DNA of 64,000 nucleotides. It comes from Tubiluchus corallicola. Lineage: Eukaryota > Animalia > Priapulida. A program made the translations under genes and the position numbers. Positions 42,820 through 52,721 of the stretch are shown here, in pieces. Positions within the stretch are counted from its first letter, which is position 1. The number at the start of each line of letters is the position of its first letter. Location: positions 62,001 to 126,000 of the forward strand of contig JAQGDQ010002378.1 in assembly GCA_030141605.1 (NCBI GenBank), given 5' to 3'. The notes under the pieces are model-generated. The model searched no databases. It was not told where the DNA came from and saw only the letters and a list, made by a program, of their open reading frames with translations.

Positions 42820-43831
42820 ATATATGAGTATAGCACTAACCCCATACTTTAAAATATTAGAACTCATTTCTCCTATTATGCAGGTAAATTTCGTCATCAC
42901 AGAATTTCTTATTTTCGAGCATCATCCAGTTACTATACTTAGTTACTATAGTATACATAGAACTGTACTTAGTTATAGGAATAAAATCTTTCATTAATGG
43001 TTAGCACGTGAACATAGTAGTGTATCTATTAGATTATTAAATTAGACTGTTAACTAGCTTAGTTTTCTAATTAATTCCCTTATTGTGGGATATCGAAACA
43101 TCCATAATTTAGTAAAAAAAACTCATATTTCTAAGTAGACTTACTTCTACTTTCGTGCGACAATGTTATCATTTTATAACTAATTTTAAAATCAGTTTTT
43201 TAAATTATCAGATATTTTCACAGGTTTTTGTGCTTTGTTGTAAACTTGTATCTGACATTCACCGCCTAAAAGAAAAACCTACCAGCAGTCAAACTAACAA
43301 CTTCTTATTTGGATTTAATAGCACTTTGTGTATTTAATGCAGATGGCATGTTGTGTGTATACCATTTAGCAAACAAGACTTGCATGGGCACACTTATATT
43401 TGTGATTGTTGATGTCCTTTTAGAGTTCAATAGCATTCAGTTAACATCTCAAGTCATATACAAATTACTCAAATAATTTTTTCGTTTTATGCGATTTTAG
43501 TGCAACAGACTTATCATTTTTGCATTATTGTCAGTCAAAAACATTCTACTAACTTTGCAAAAATTGGAAAATTAGCAACCGTAATTAGCTAAGTAAATAG
43601 CAATGACCAGCAACAACAGTCATTCAAGCAAAGTTGGGAAACTAGAATTGTCAGGTTATCAGACGAATAAAGAATCGTAGTATTTAACACCAGCTTGTTT
43701 TTTTTTCAGCTCGCCAGTGTTCAAAACGTGGCGGAGACTTGGCAATAGATGTGAAAGGAGATGGGAGGGTGGCTGTGTCAGGACAAGCAGTTATAGTCGT
43801 GGAAGGCAGGATGAATGTGCCTGGTATCTAG
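36072..43831 (+). CDS. PBLD: Phenazine biosynthesis-like domain protein (PhzF/DAP-epimerase fold), 296 aa: join(36072..36158,39070..39283,39586..39728,40724..40812,42277..42512,43710..43831)
   Basis: Motifs VDAFT..PFSGNPAAVC, EMNISETAF, LRWFTPTNEVPLCGHATLA, YDFFSRFFTPWNGIPEDPVTGSAHTVLAPYWS, ARQCSKRGG and RVAVSGQAVIVVEG; exon phases are consistent; 891 nt ending in TAG. Confidence 0.95.
36255..37060 (+). mobile_element. Degenerate CR1-type LINE reverse-transcriptase fragment in PBLD intron 1
   Basis: DILYIDFRKAFDFVP...GIRGKLLQWF...SGIPQGTLSGP..FLIFVND, then QEILQADL and C-terminal HFFASRVVGPWNSL; frameshifts and deletions present. Confidence 0.9.
38400..38745 (-). mobile_element. Second CR1-type LINE RT fragment, opposite orientation
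   Basis: FSDNAKLYNPINSAADSLILQNDI...LFNVDK..MHWG..N...LKFSQQC..AVKKANK.LG. Confidence 0.8.
39070..39283 (+). CDS. PBLD: PBLD coding exon 2
   Basis: ttctag acceptor; AHDDLSEEVMQSIASEMNISETAF...CGHATLATAAVLYFSI; gtaatg donor. Confidence 0.95.
39586..39728 (+). CDS. PBLD: PBLD coding exon 3
   Basis: GNTSPSLTFETKSGPLTV...LMDLPSNPPQPF...DLLK; AG/GT boundaries in phase. Confidence 0.92.
40724..40812 (+). CDS. PBLD: PBLD coding exon 4
   Basis: ttgcag acceptor; VCVGNLPVKDVQYSPTTKKLLIVLDSNLT; gtactg donor. Confidence 0.92.
42277..42512 (+). CDS. PBLD: PBLD coding exon 5
   Basis: NDLESLNPQ...GVIISLQG...EDPVTGSAHTVLAPYWSKCLDKQHLR. Confidence 0.95.
43710..43831 (+). CDS. PBLD: PBLD last coding exon
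   Basis: ttttcag acceptor; ARQCSKRGGDLAIDVKGDGRVAVSGQAVIVVEGRMNVPGI*. Confidence 0.94.
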
Positions 43832-43969
43832 ACTTGAGACGATTTACTTCTGTTCTTCAGAAAGAAAGTTGATGTATGGTACTCAAAGACAGACATGTGC
43901 AAGGTTCTGTTCACTATAAACAAACCGATTTACGTCTTTTGCTTTAAGAATGCTAGCTCGATAATTTAC

Positions 43970-44485
43970 TATTTACTGTGTTTGACACACCATTCCCTGT
44001 TTTTTAATGCTTTTTGTTTTGTTTGCTACTTTTTACTTGATTGTATTGAACTTCATTTTTGTTAAAAGGAATCGAGATTACCGTGTTCAGTTATTGTACA
44101 ACACATCTTGCATGCCAGTTGGAAACGAAAGCTTTGCTCATATCAACAATTAGCATTCATACTAATGTTTTAGTTAAATACCAAATGGTTTTAGATTTAG
44201 TGTTATAAGAAACTGATTACTAGACGTTTAACATATCATTGCCTGTTTTTTAAGCATCTTTTCTTTTATTGCTATTTTTTACTTGATTTTGTGTAGTAAC
44301 TTCACTATTAATAAGACAAATCGTTCTTAAATAAGCAGCAAAAGGGGGTTGGACATTACCGTATGTTCAATTATGGCACATTTTGCATTCCAGTTGGGAA
44401 CCAAAGGTTTGCTCATATCAACAATTAGATCAGTTTTCAAACTAATGGTGTTTTAGTCAAATACGAATTGGTTTTAGATTTGGAA
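43970..44485. repeat. Diverged tandem duplication (~250-270-bp unit) downstream of the PBLD stop
   Basis: Collinear shared blocks such as TTTTTACTTGATT, ATTACCGT, CCAGTTGG, TTTGCTCATATCAACAATTAG and TGGTTTTAGATTT, each seen twice. Confidence 0.85.
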
Positions 44486-46590
44486 TGGATACTTGAGTGG
44501 GGTGTGATGTTTTAAAGTGGGATGATGACCTATCATACATGCTGTAGATTCCTGAAATTTATTTTTATAGCAAATTTGATATTTAATTGTGATGTAGATA
44601 GATTAACACCTGTTGAAATTATGCAAAAATTTATTTTTACACGAGTATTGAATTTACTCATTTTATTAAATCGGTTACTGCAAATTTTTGCTTTGGATTG
44701 TGAAAAAATAAAATTCCAGTGAAAAAATTTGCTATGTACTGAGACTATCACACTTTATATTAATCGTTAAACTACTGATCTTAGTGTATATAGAGTTAAA
44801 GACCATTTAAATTTTAGTTTTATTTAATTGCATGGAGTAGAGCTACAGATTTTAAATTAATCACACATTAATACCTGACAGGGGTATTGTTTGTATTGGA
44901 GACTCGATAACAGAACCTAATATTTATAATCAAACACCAAACTTTAATTTGATGAAGTTAAAGGTTAGGGTTATCAAATAGAATAAGAAATAGGCCCGCT
45001 TTACCCAACAAAACTAGTGGTTTCTGAAACACTACGATTTGGAAAAAGTTACCTGGAATGAATTAAGTCAAATCAAAATCAAAATTTGTGCGCAAATTGC
45101 AAAAATTTATTCACACAAAAGTTAAATTGGTGAATGAACAAACCATTATCTAGCATAAAGTGGAATGATCCAAAAATAGGTAAGGCAGACTGTCTCACAA
45201 ATAGTGTTGGTCCCTCAATGCTCATTTGCTACACAGCTTCCCCGACAAATTCAAAAACAGTGTAAAAGTAACTATTTGAACAAATGCATGTAAAGAAAAT
45301 AATATTATGTAACAGCCACCTCATTGCACAAAAACAATAGACTATACCCAATAAAAGGTTGTAATTACTAGTGAGAATGACTGTGAAACATTTGGAAACT
45401 CACTCTTACAAGCACTGCATTTTCAACAATAATACAAACTATATGTCATGTAGGGCCTAACAGTAAGTTTGGAACATCTGATTTCACTTCAATTTTGGTA
45501 TTTTTATGTCTGCCCCATACTTCTATTGCATATAAAAGTTAATGTGTTACAATTATTGTCATAAACGTGCATTATTAAACTGATAATAAGGTAACGTGCA
45601 TTATTAAACTGCATATTATGATAACAACCTTAATACATAAAGTCGGGCTTTGTTGCAACTGCTCAATAAAGTGCAAAATATTAGTACAGAAATAGAAAAA
45701 AGTGTAACACCATGAGCAAACTATAGCAGAAAGTAAATCACAATATAAATAAGGCACAATGTATTCCACACAACCTGCATTAGGAATGCAATTTTATTTA
45801 TGTTAGTAATAATAATAATTTATAATGCACATAATTTATTCAAATGCACTTGGGACTTCATTTTATTTGAAGTGATTTTTTAGCTTTCCACAGTTTATGC
45901 AACTATCTAATAACAAGTAACATATTCAACTTACTGGATAATATCATCAGCATTGCTTCCTATTTAAAAATAGTGTGCTGAACAGGCATATTGCAATGGA
46001 CGGAATTGTAAATAATGTGAAGTGACACATACTTCTAAGCTACATACTACATTCAAGTTACAATACATACACTATTCTAAAACATAAATAAAAACGCATA
46101 GTTCATATAGGCATTATATACGTTTGAGATTCATTTAAATGAACTAGATTCATCACAGTCTTTTGCAGAATTTTATTTTCCTATCAAAACAGAATTAATG
46201 TTCTTACTGTAATAGCTTTCTAGATTATGAATGATTTAACAAACTACAGTATAGACACTATGAATGTCTCAGGGTACTGATAAGAGATAAGCATATTCCA
46301 ATGAATGCTAAGATTTAAATTTTTAGCTTTAAACTAGTTTTTGTCAGTAGTGCAAAGTTAGCATATTGACATATGGTAAAAAGTGCTAGTATAACCTGAA
46401 TTATGTAAGCTATAATTGAGTGCATGATATATAAATGATCAAGAGTCATTGAGACTGAATCAAGGCTTCGAACTGACTAGTATTAGCCTTATCACATGGA
46501 CAATTCCCACTGACAACGTACTTTCACAAAACGACATTGTTTAACTAAAGTACATCCCCATTTGATTTTGTTGGACTTCAGACATCAGTG

Positions 46591-46963
46591 CAGTGCTGGG
46601 TTAATGGAAATTAATCGGTAAATTTTTTTAACCGGTTGACCGATCTTTATATATAAATGATAAATAATTTGAACCTTAACCACATCCTTACTGTAGAGAC
46701 TTTTCATTTCTATGTAGGAAAGTGTTGCACTTAGTTAAACAATGCTTGGCATCCTTACAAACACACTTTTCACTTCCTATGTATAAAAGTTTCACTCTTA
46801 TTTGAACATATTCCTGATATATGTTTGCATTGTAAATTTCTTGTTTATTTGATTATCCACTGATCCAGTCAGCAAATTATAGAAGGTCTCCGATTTTGCC
46901 TAGATCCGATTAATCGGTTAACCGATAAAAAATTAACCGGTTAAGTGAATCATCCCAGTTCTG
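46591..46963. mobile_element. hAT-type MITE with AACCGGTT/TTAACCGA subterminal motifs
   Basis: Imperfect TIR CAGTGCTGGG/CCCAGTTCTG; perfect 8-bp TSD CATCAGTG (46583-46590 and 46964-46971). Confidence 0.88.
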
Positions 46964-47278
46964 CATCAGTGGAGATGTAATCTCAAAGAACTGCGTTATT
47001 TTGCAGTTGAGCGGTTATAAGCAGTTCATATTTTCGTGTTGTACTGCACTTTATCAGATTTCTTAAAGCTCTGCCCATTTAAGCTGCCTATATTTCCAAT
47101 CTGATAAAAATTTGGATAAAGCAAACAATTCTTGTTTTGAAATATTGTGAGAAGTCACTTGAAAACCATGATACTGGATTTTGTATTATAACAATGATTC
47201 AATGCAGCACGTCTATTGCTTTTGAGCAAGAAAGATGTCTTCTTGCACATAGTCTCCACCTTCCCCGTCCTCCAGTTG

Positions 47279-47362
47279 TCATTGAAATGTCCACAGTAAT
47301 CGGAATAATCCATTACGCACTGAATTACCAGCAACAAATGACAGGCAGGGATGAATAGTGTA
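47279..47362 (-). CDS. TM-SRPBCC gene last exon
   Basis: tttttatag acceptor; YTIHPCLSFVAGNSVRNGLFRLLWTFQ*, consistent with the long C-terminal helix of SRPBCC domains. Confidence 0.72.
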   Translation of the reverse strand, partial: YTIHPCLSFVAGNSVRNGLFRLLWTFQ

Positions 47363-49221
47363 CTATAAAAAAAGTTGCAAAATTAATACAACGATTGCAA
47401 GGTAAGTACTGCTAGACCTGGTTAGCAAATGGCTGGGTGATCACTAGAATACAGCTTCTGGGAAGTTTAACTTGCCACATTGTCATCAGTCTTTAGAATG
47501 CTGGCAGTTTAAAGAAGATTGTAGGTGAATCTGAGAAAAGATACATTTGCCACTTTAGTGTCTCACATCAGAAGATTATCCTAGACAATGAGCTATGTTT
47601 CAGTCCAGCCACAACCATCAGCACAGCAGGTGAGTCCAGGATCTTGGCTTGTAGAGTGGCAACTGCATTAAAACATAAAAAAATATAATTCTAGGAGACG
47701 AAAGGAAAACTACTAACATGTACCATCAATGCGTACACTCACCCGATAAAGATAGCTCATCTTTCCGACATCCATCTTTACTGTTAATCGGGTCAGGTTT
47801 CTTTTAAGGGTTGAATCTTTTTCAGTGTTGAAATCAAAAGTGATTCGACGAGGAAAAATCAGTGACTCTATAACGTACTCGATATGCTCAAGTGCTTTAA
47901 ACTTTCTGATTTTTGCATAGGAACGAAAACCAGCTGCATTAAAAAAACATATAGTTAATAATTTCAGACTCAAGTTCTTGAAAATTCGATGGTTGTAATT
48001 TGGTTTTAACAAAGGAAAATCCTCAGTTTGAATAGCAAGTAATTCCCATTTCACACTACTTAGAAAAGAACTCGAGGCACAGCACATATTTACACTTACA
48101 AAGAAACATCTAGGGATTAAAATTATCATCTTAGGTTTTGATGTTCTAATAACAGAAATACTGTTTAAGCATGCGAACTGTTGGTTGCTGATTCACGCAA
48201 CACACTTGGCTGCCAGCTTTGTTACTTAGAGTGCCAAGATACTTTTGGCAAACTCAATCAGCTAAAATGCAAAATCATGCAGGGGAACACAGTTAAAATC
48301 TAGCTGCTTGCAGAGTGCACCTAATTTGGTTTTTCATGTGACTAGGAACTACAAATGTTCTGTACTTGGGAGTTCTCTTCTGGGAGGGCGGCGGATGCTT
48401 CCCCCCCCTCTTACAAATGATATGATGATGCATGATGAAACTGTCGCATAAAGAAGGCATTGCCTTTTAGGGTATATGTATAGGCTACAGTCATCTTGTT
48501 TGCATTTTAGGCTGAGGAAAAGATAAAACATCATAAGTGAACAGTGCACAACAAAGGAATCTACAACAGTAATACCTAAATTATAAACTATTCTTGAAAT
48601 TCAAGTCAATAATTTATTACACTGCGCTACAAGAAACTGCCACAAAATAACCCAAATTTTATTCAAATGGGGTAATCGCCAGTTACTGCAATTAGTATTC
48701 CAGAAATAGTCTGTGTAAATGTAAGTAATGAAGCTCACAAACTATCAAGACTTATACACATCCAATCTTCCATGTATTAATACTAATTCCCCTGACAGTA
48801 TGGCTTCACTTGACAACAATTTTGTTGATACTATATACTTTACTAAATCAATTCCTGATGTTAAGTGAGGACTTGCTATATTTCAATGAGAAAATGTCAT
48901 ACTAAATTTTAACACCTTGCTGAAAAGAGTTATGTAACTACTATTAGTGAATATATGAAAATAAACTAAAAAGTGGTCAAGTGACCCATGAAAATTTAAT
49001 GCAAACAATCACAACGTACGTCCGATTGGTGCCGAAGTAATGATACTATACGTTTTTTCTTTGCCTATGGGTAGGCTATCTTGCGCTATTACCATTCCAG
49101 CTTCAGGCATCCACTAAAATAGAAATATAGCACATTAAACTGTCAGTTTCTTGGAAAGTGGTTATATAAGTAATTCTACATCACATTAGTAGTAGTGGTA
49201 GTGGTAGTGGTAGTGGTAGTG

Positions 49222-49308
<87 letters not shown>

Positions 49309-51806
49309 ATAGTAGTAATAGTAGACAATTTATTTTTACAATATTCGATGTAAAATATTACGTATACAATGTAACGACATGTCAAGGAGACTGCCACAAA
49401 AAATCTGTAAGGTCGTAAATGTGGCAGCCACCGGAAGAATAAAATATTCAACATGACGCAGGTGTTATTGTAAATGTTACACTCAAATAATGCAAGAGTC
49501 TTGCGTGATACAAGCATTACAGTAGCTTTTAAACAAACAATCAGTGAGTCTATGATAATCCTTAAAGTCTATGATATTCCATTAGAACTATGCTACCAGT
49601 ATAAGTAGTTTCATAGAGCTTTTTATTATCAAGAGCATTAATGTAAACCTTAAACCTTTTATAAAAACTAGACCATGACATTAGAAAGAGAGTTCACAAA
49701 AACAAACAGCTTGGCATATACAAGATAAAGCAATGTAATGTTTGTAAATTGATTAACTCCTTTACGATTAATAAACGTTTATTTCAGATTGACAAAGTTA
49801 ACAGATTGATACAAACCTCAGGCAACTTTTCAAGATCGGAAACCATGTTAAATACCTCATCAATAGTTGCAGGTAGTGCTACTGTTTTTTCCAGCAGGAT
49901 TAGTTGTGTTGGAAACTCGATTTGTGCGAGGACGGCCATGACAGCAACAATAATACAGCTGGGAACAACAAACTTCCAACTTGGCATTTTTCTGAAAAGG
50001 TATCAGTTGTTTACTTGGTCGAAAGTTCTCGTCAAGTATACAAAAAGCTCTACATAGGAGTCTAGAGCTGCAGTTTATAAAATAGTCACAAATTTTTCAC
50101 ATAATGTAGTGAAACCAACCTTGATTAAATATGGCATTAGTAACTATGCAAAAATGTCCACTCTTTGACTGTACTTTTTTTGAAAATGCGCTAAACATAC
50201 AAACTTTATACCATTTTGTAGATCTTTTCAAGCCCTGCAAATTCCACTAAGTTTTGTTTTTAATGATAATTGACAGGCAAAAATTAAAATTTGCGAAAAC
50301 TGGTCCATGCTAAACAAAATACACAGCACTACGCTATGAAGTTTTAGCTAATTTCTCTGCTGCATTGAAACAATTAATATAATACCTATTATCAAAAAAT
50401 AAAGAAAAATGCAGTACACATTATGCAGAATTTGGCCACCAGCTATACTAATTAAAACTAAAAAATACCAAATTTTTCTTTCACAAAGTAGTTTAGAATG
50501 CCGCCACATCTGAGCAGCCTGTAATAACTTAAATAAGCTCATTTCACAATGAAAAGAACCCAAAAACTGTCTCATTTTATTGCAATCAGTGCCCAGTCAA
50601 TTTTTTTGAACAGGATATTATGATTCAAAAATTTTGGAATGGCCAAGTTATTATTGATCTTAAATATAATCTATGATGTGGTAGCTTCACTTTTTTAACA
50701 AGTGGATGTCAAAAAAATCTGGAGTACAAAGAGTCCGGGCTTTTTTAAGAAACATACAGGCTTTTTAACCCTTTGAGAAATATCCAGATTTGCTGCATCT
50801 TGAGGCTGACAGGTCCGTACAAACTGGACTGACTAGTTCAGAAGTTCTTGTAGTGTGTAAAAATAAACAAGTGCTGTTACTCGATACCACAATAAAAAAG
50901 TACTGGAGTGACTTCACTGATTTGTGGACGTTAATGAATATCACAGGCAACTCAAGTTAAGGTAAGACAGAGTTCTACGTAGACTTTAAAAAAAGTGCAG
51001 CCACATATGCATATTGATTAAAACCCTAATTTCTAAATGAAGAAAGTGAATGTTTATATAAAATATAAGGTGTATACAAATTTTCATTATCTGAAATTTA
51101 GCTGCAAATTACATACAAGTATCCCTCCTTCCATGATTTTTTCAAATGCACTTCGTTGTCATCAGCCGTTTCGTATAGTACTTCGTCATTCTCAGTGGCT
51201 TCTTTCAAGTTGTCTGATTTTGTATCCTCACAATCTTTTGGTTCCACTTTTGACTTCTTATGCTCTTCTTCATCATTCATATTCTCTGCTTTTGGTTGAC
51301 TTTTTATGTCACTGGTTTTCTTCTCTTCACTGTTCTTGCTTTCGAAATGCTTTCCGCAGTTATCATTTTTTTCCTCAACAGCAACCATGTTTTCAGTTTT
51401 GTGGATATTCTCTGCATCACCACATGCGCTTCCACGACAATTATTCTTTACAATTTTTAGCTGATCTCCTAACCCAGAGTCATCTACTGAACTACAATAA
51501 GTTGTGCAATTATTAAATAAAATACTTATTAGTGTCACACACAAGCTCAGGGCTTTACGCTTGCAGTATTACTGCTGCTACGATTGTACGGTACTACTCC
51601 AAGCCAAAGCAAAACCAGTATTGTAGGTCATAGTAAGTGTATTCGAATCAGTCTGTTTACTCTTAAAATGTTGCTCATAACAAACTGACGGTCATGCAAC
51701 AATAAAACGTGTAAAAAGTAACAAACTGTCATGCAATTTATTTGCTATAAAATAAAAATCTATAACAGGATAGATGAGATAAAAACATAGTAACCGCTTA
51801 CTCCAT
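47279..51806 (-). CDS. Uncharacterised ~307-aa single-pass membrane protein with an SRPBCC/START-like (Polyketide_cyc2-like) domain: join(51802..51806,51117..51491,49817..49991,49020..49113,47743..47933,47279..47362)
   Basis: Six GT-AG-joined exons total 924 nt in frame. The protein has an acidic N-terminus, the hydrophobic segment FVVPSCIIVAVMAVLAQI, then EKTVALPATIDEVFNMVSDLEKLPEWMP, which matches the SRPBCC start motif (P..EVF..V.D.E..PEW.P). Family assignment is by motif recognition only. Confidence 0.75.
47743..47933 (-). CDS. TM-SRPBCC gene exon 5
   Basis: ttaatgcag acceptor; PGFRSYAKIRKFKALEHIEYVIES...TRLTVKMDVGKMSYLYR; gtgagt donor. Confidence 0.78.
49020..49113 (-). CDS. TM-SRPBCC gene exon 4
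   Basis: attttag acceptor; WMPEAGMVIAQDSLPIGKEKTYSIITSAPIG; gtacgt donor. Confidence 0.8.
49187..49324. repeat. (TAG)n/(GTGGTA)n microsatellite
   Basis: Directly visible; explains the poly-Thr ORF 49176..49517. Confidence 0.97.
49817..49991 (-). CDS. TM-SRPBCC gene exon 3 (TM helix and start of domain)
   Basis: ccttttcag|A AAA ATG; KMPSWKFVVPSCIIVAVMAVLAQIEFP...SDLEKLPE; gtttgt donor. Confidence 0.82.
51117..51491 (-). CDS. TM-SRPBCC gene exon 2 (acidic, low-complexity)
   Basis: 375-nt open, E/K/D/N-rich frame ending ...KKSWKEGY+TT|gtatgt. Confidence 0.75.
51802..51806 (-). CDS. TM-SRPBCC gene, coding part of exon 1 (ATG GA)
   Basis: AAGATGGA|gtaagc; phase 2 matches the ttgtag|T acceptor, giving MDSVDDSG. 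Confidence 0.65.
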
Positions 51807-51818
51807 CTTGTAAACAAA

Positions 51819-51836
51819 TTCCCACAATGCGCTTCG
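51819..51836 (+). promoter_or_regulatory. Candidate Staf/ZNF143 binding site in the divergent TM-SRPBCC <-> MTA region
   Basis: TTCCCACAATGCGCTTCG resembles the Staf-binding consensus TTCCCANNATGC. Confidence 0.4.
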
Positions 51837-52615
51837 GCTTCAATAAGTGAACAGTTTTTTTGAATGTTCTCTTGTTTCTTAATATAGAATTTTCATAAAG
51901 AAATGTGTTAACAAAAAGTTTTTGTGAGACTGCGATTTTATTTGCATTTTCCTTATTTGTAAGAGGAAAAGCTACACTTAATTACACGCTGGTAACCATA
52001 TTGTTATGCATTTTAATTTCATTTAATTTGCGTCTATAATATTAATGTTCTCACTTGTAACTTTTCCACATCCGTAATTCATCGTTGGTTAAGCTACTCC
52101 TATTGTACAATTCAATTCAATTTTTTATTCGCACATTAAAATGAAATAATTTACATGAACATAAAAGCTGACTATGAACGGTGAGATTACTGGAGACGAG
52201 TCCTTCAGCATCGTTGGCTTTCATCGAACTTGCACCAATGATGGGTCGTGCTGGCCTGCTATATGTCACTTCACTGATCATTTTCTGTTTTAAGTTTGCT
52301 TCGTATCCGCTTTTCACTTCTGCATAAATCTTTCCTATGTATTACGTGCAGTTCAGCAATAGCTTATGATCTGTCATAATATAGGCAATACTTTAAAATA
52401 AAATTGAAAAAGAAAAATTTGAAAATTTTAGTTTTATAAATCAGTGCATTATAAGTGATTACTTTGCTGAGCTTTGTCTTCTTTCCCAAAATGAAATTCA
52501 ACTATAGGTTAAGCAAATCATTTCACTGGGTTTCTCGAACGACATATTAGGCTATTACTCAGGCTGCTACTACACCTATGTTGAATGTTATTGCAGCTCG
52601 TGAACAACAAGCAAC

Positions 52616-52721
52616 ATGGCAGCAAACATGTATCGAGTCGGCGATTACGTTTTCTTCGAGACGTCCTCAACATCGCCATTCCTCATTCGCAGAATAGAAG
52701 AACTTAATAAAACACAAACGG
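52616..52721 (+). CDS. MTA1: MTA coding exon 1 (ends at a GC donor)
   Basis: [35 protein letters not shown]+G|gcaagt; an acceptor ttgcag ending at 52596 suggests an upstream non-coding exon. Confidence 0.92.

Noticed and set aside
47565-47662. Alternative phase-1 exon candidate for the TM-SRPBCC gene (LATLQAKILDSP...)
   Set aside because: It hits a stop after ~31 codons; 47743..47933 fits phase and has a consensus donor
49176-49517. Poly-Thr mucin-like ORF
   Set aside because: Translation of an intronic (TAG)n microsatellite
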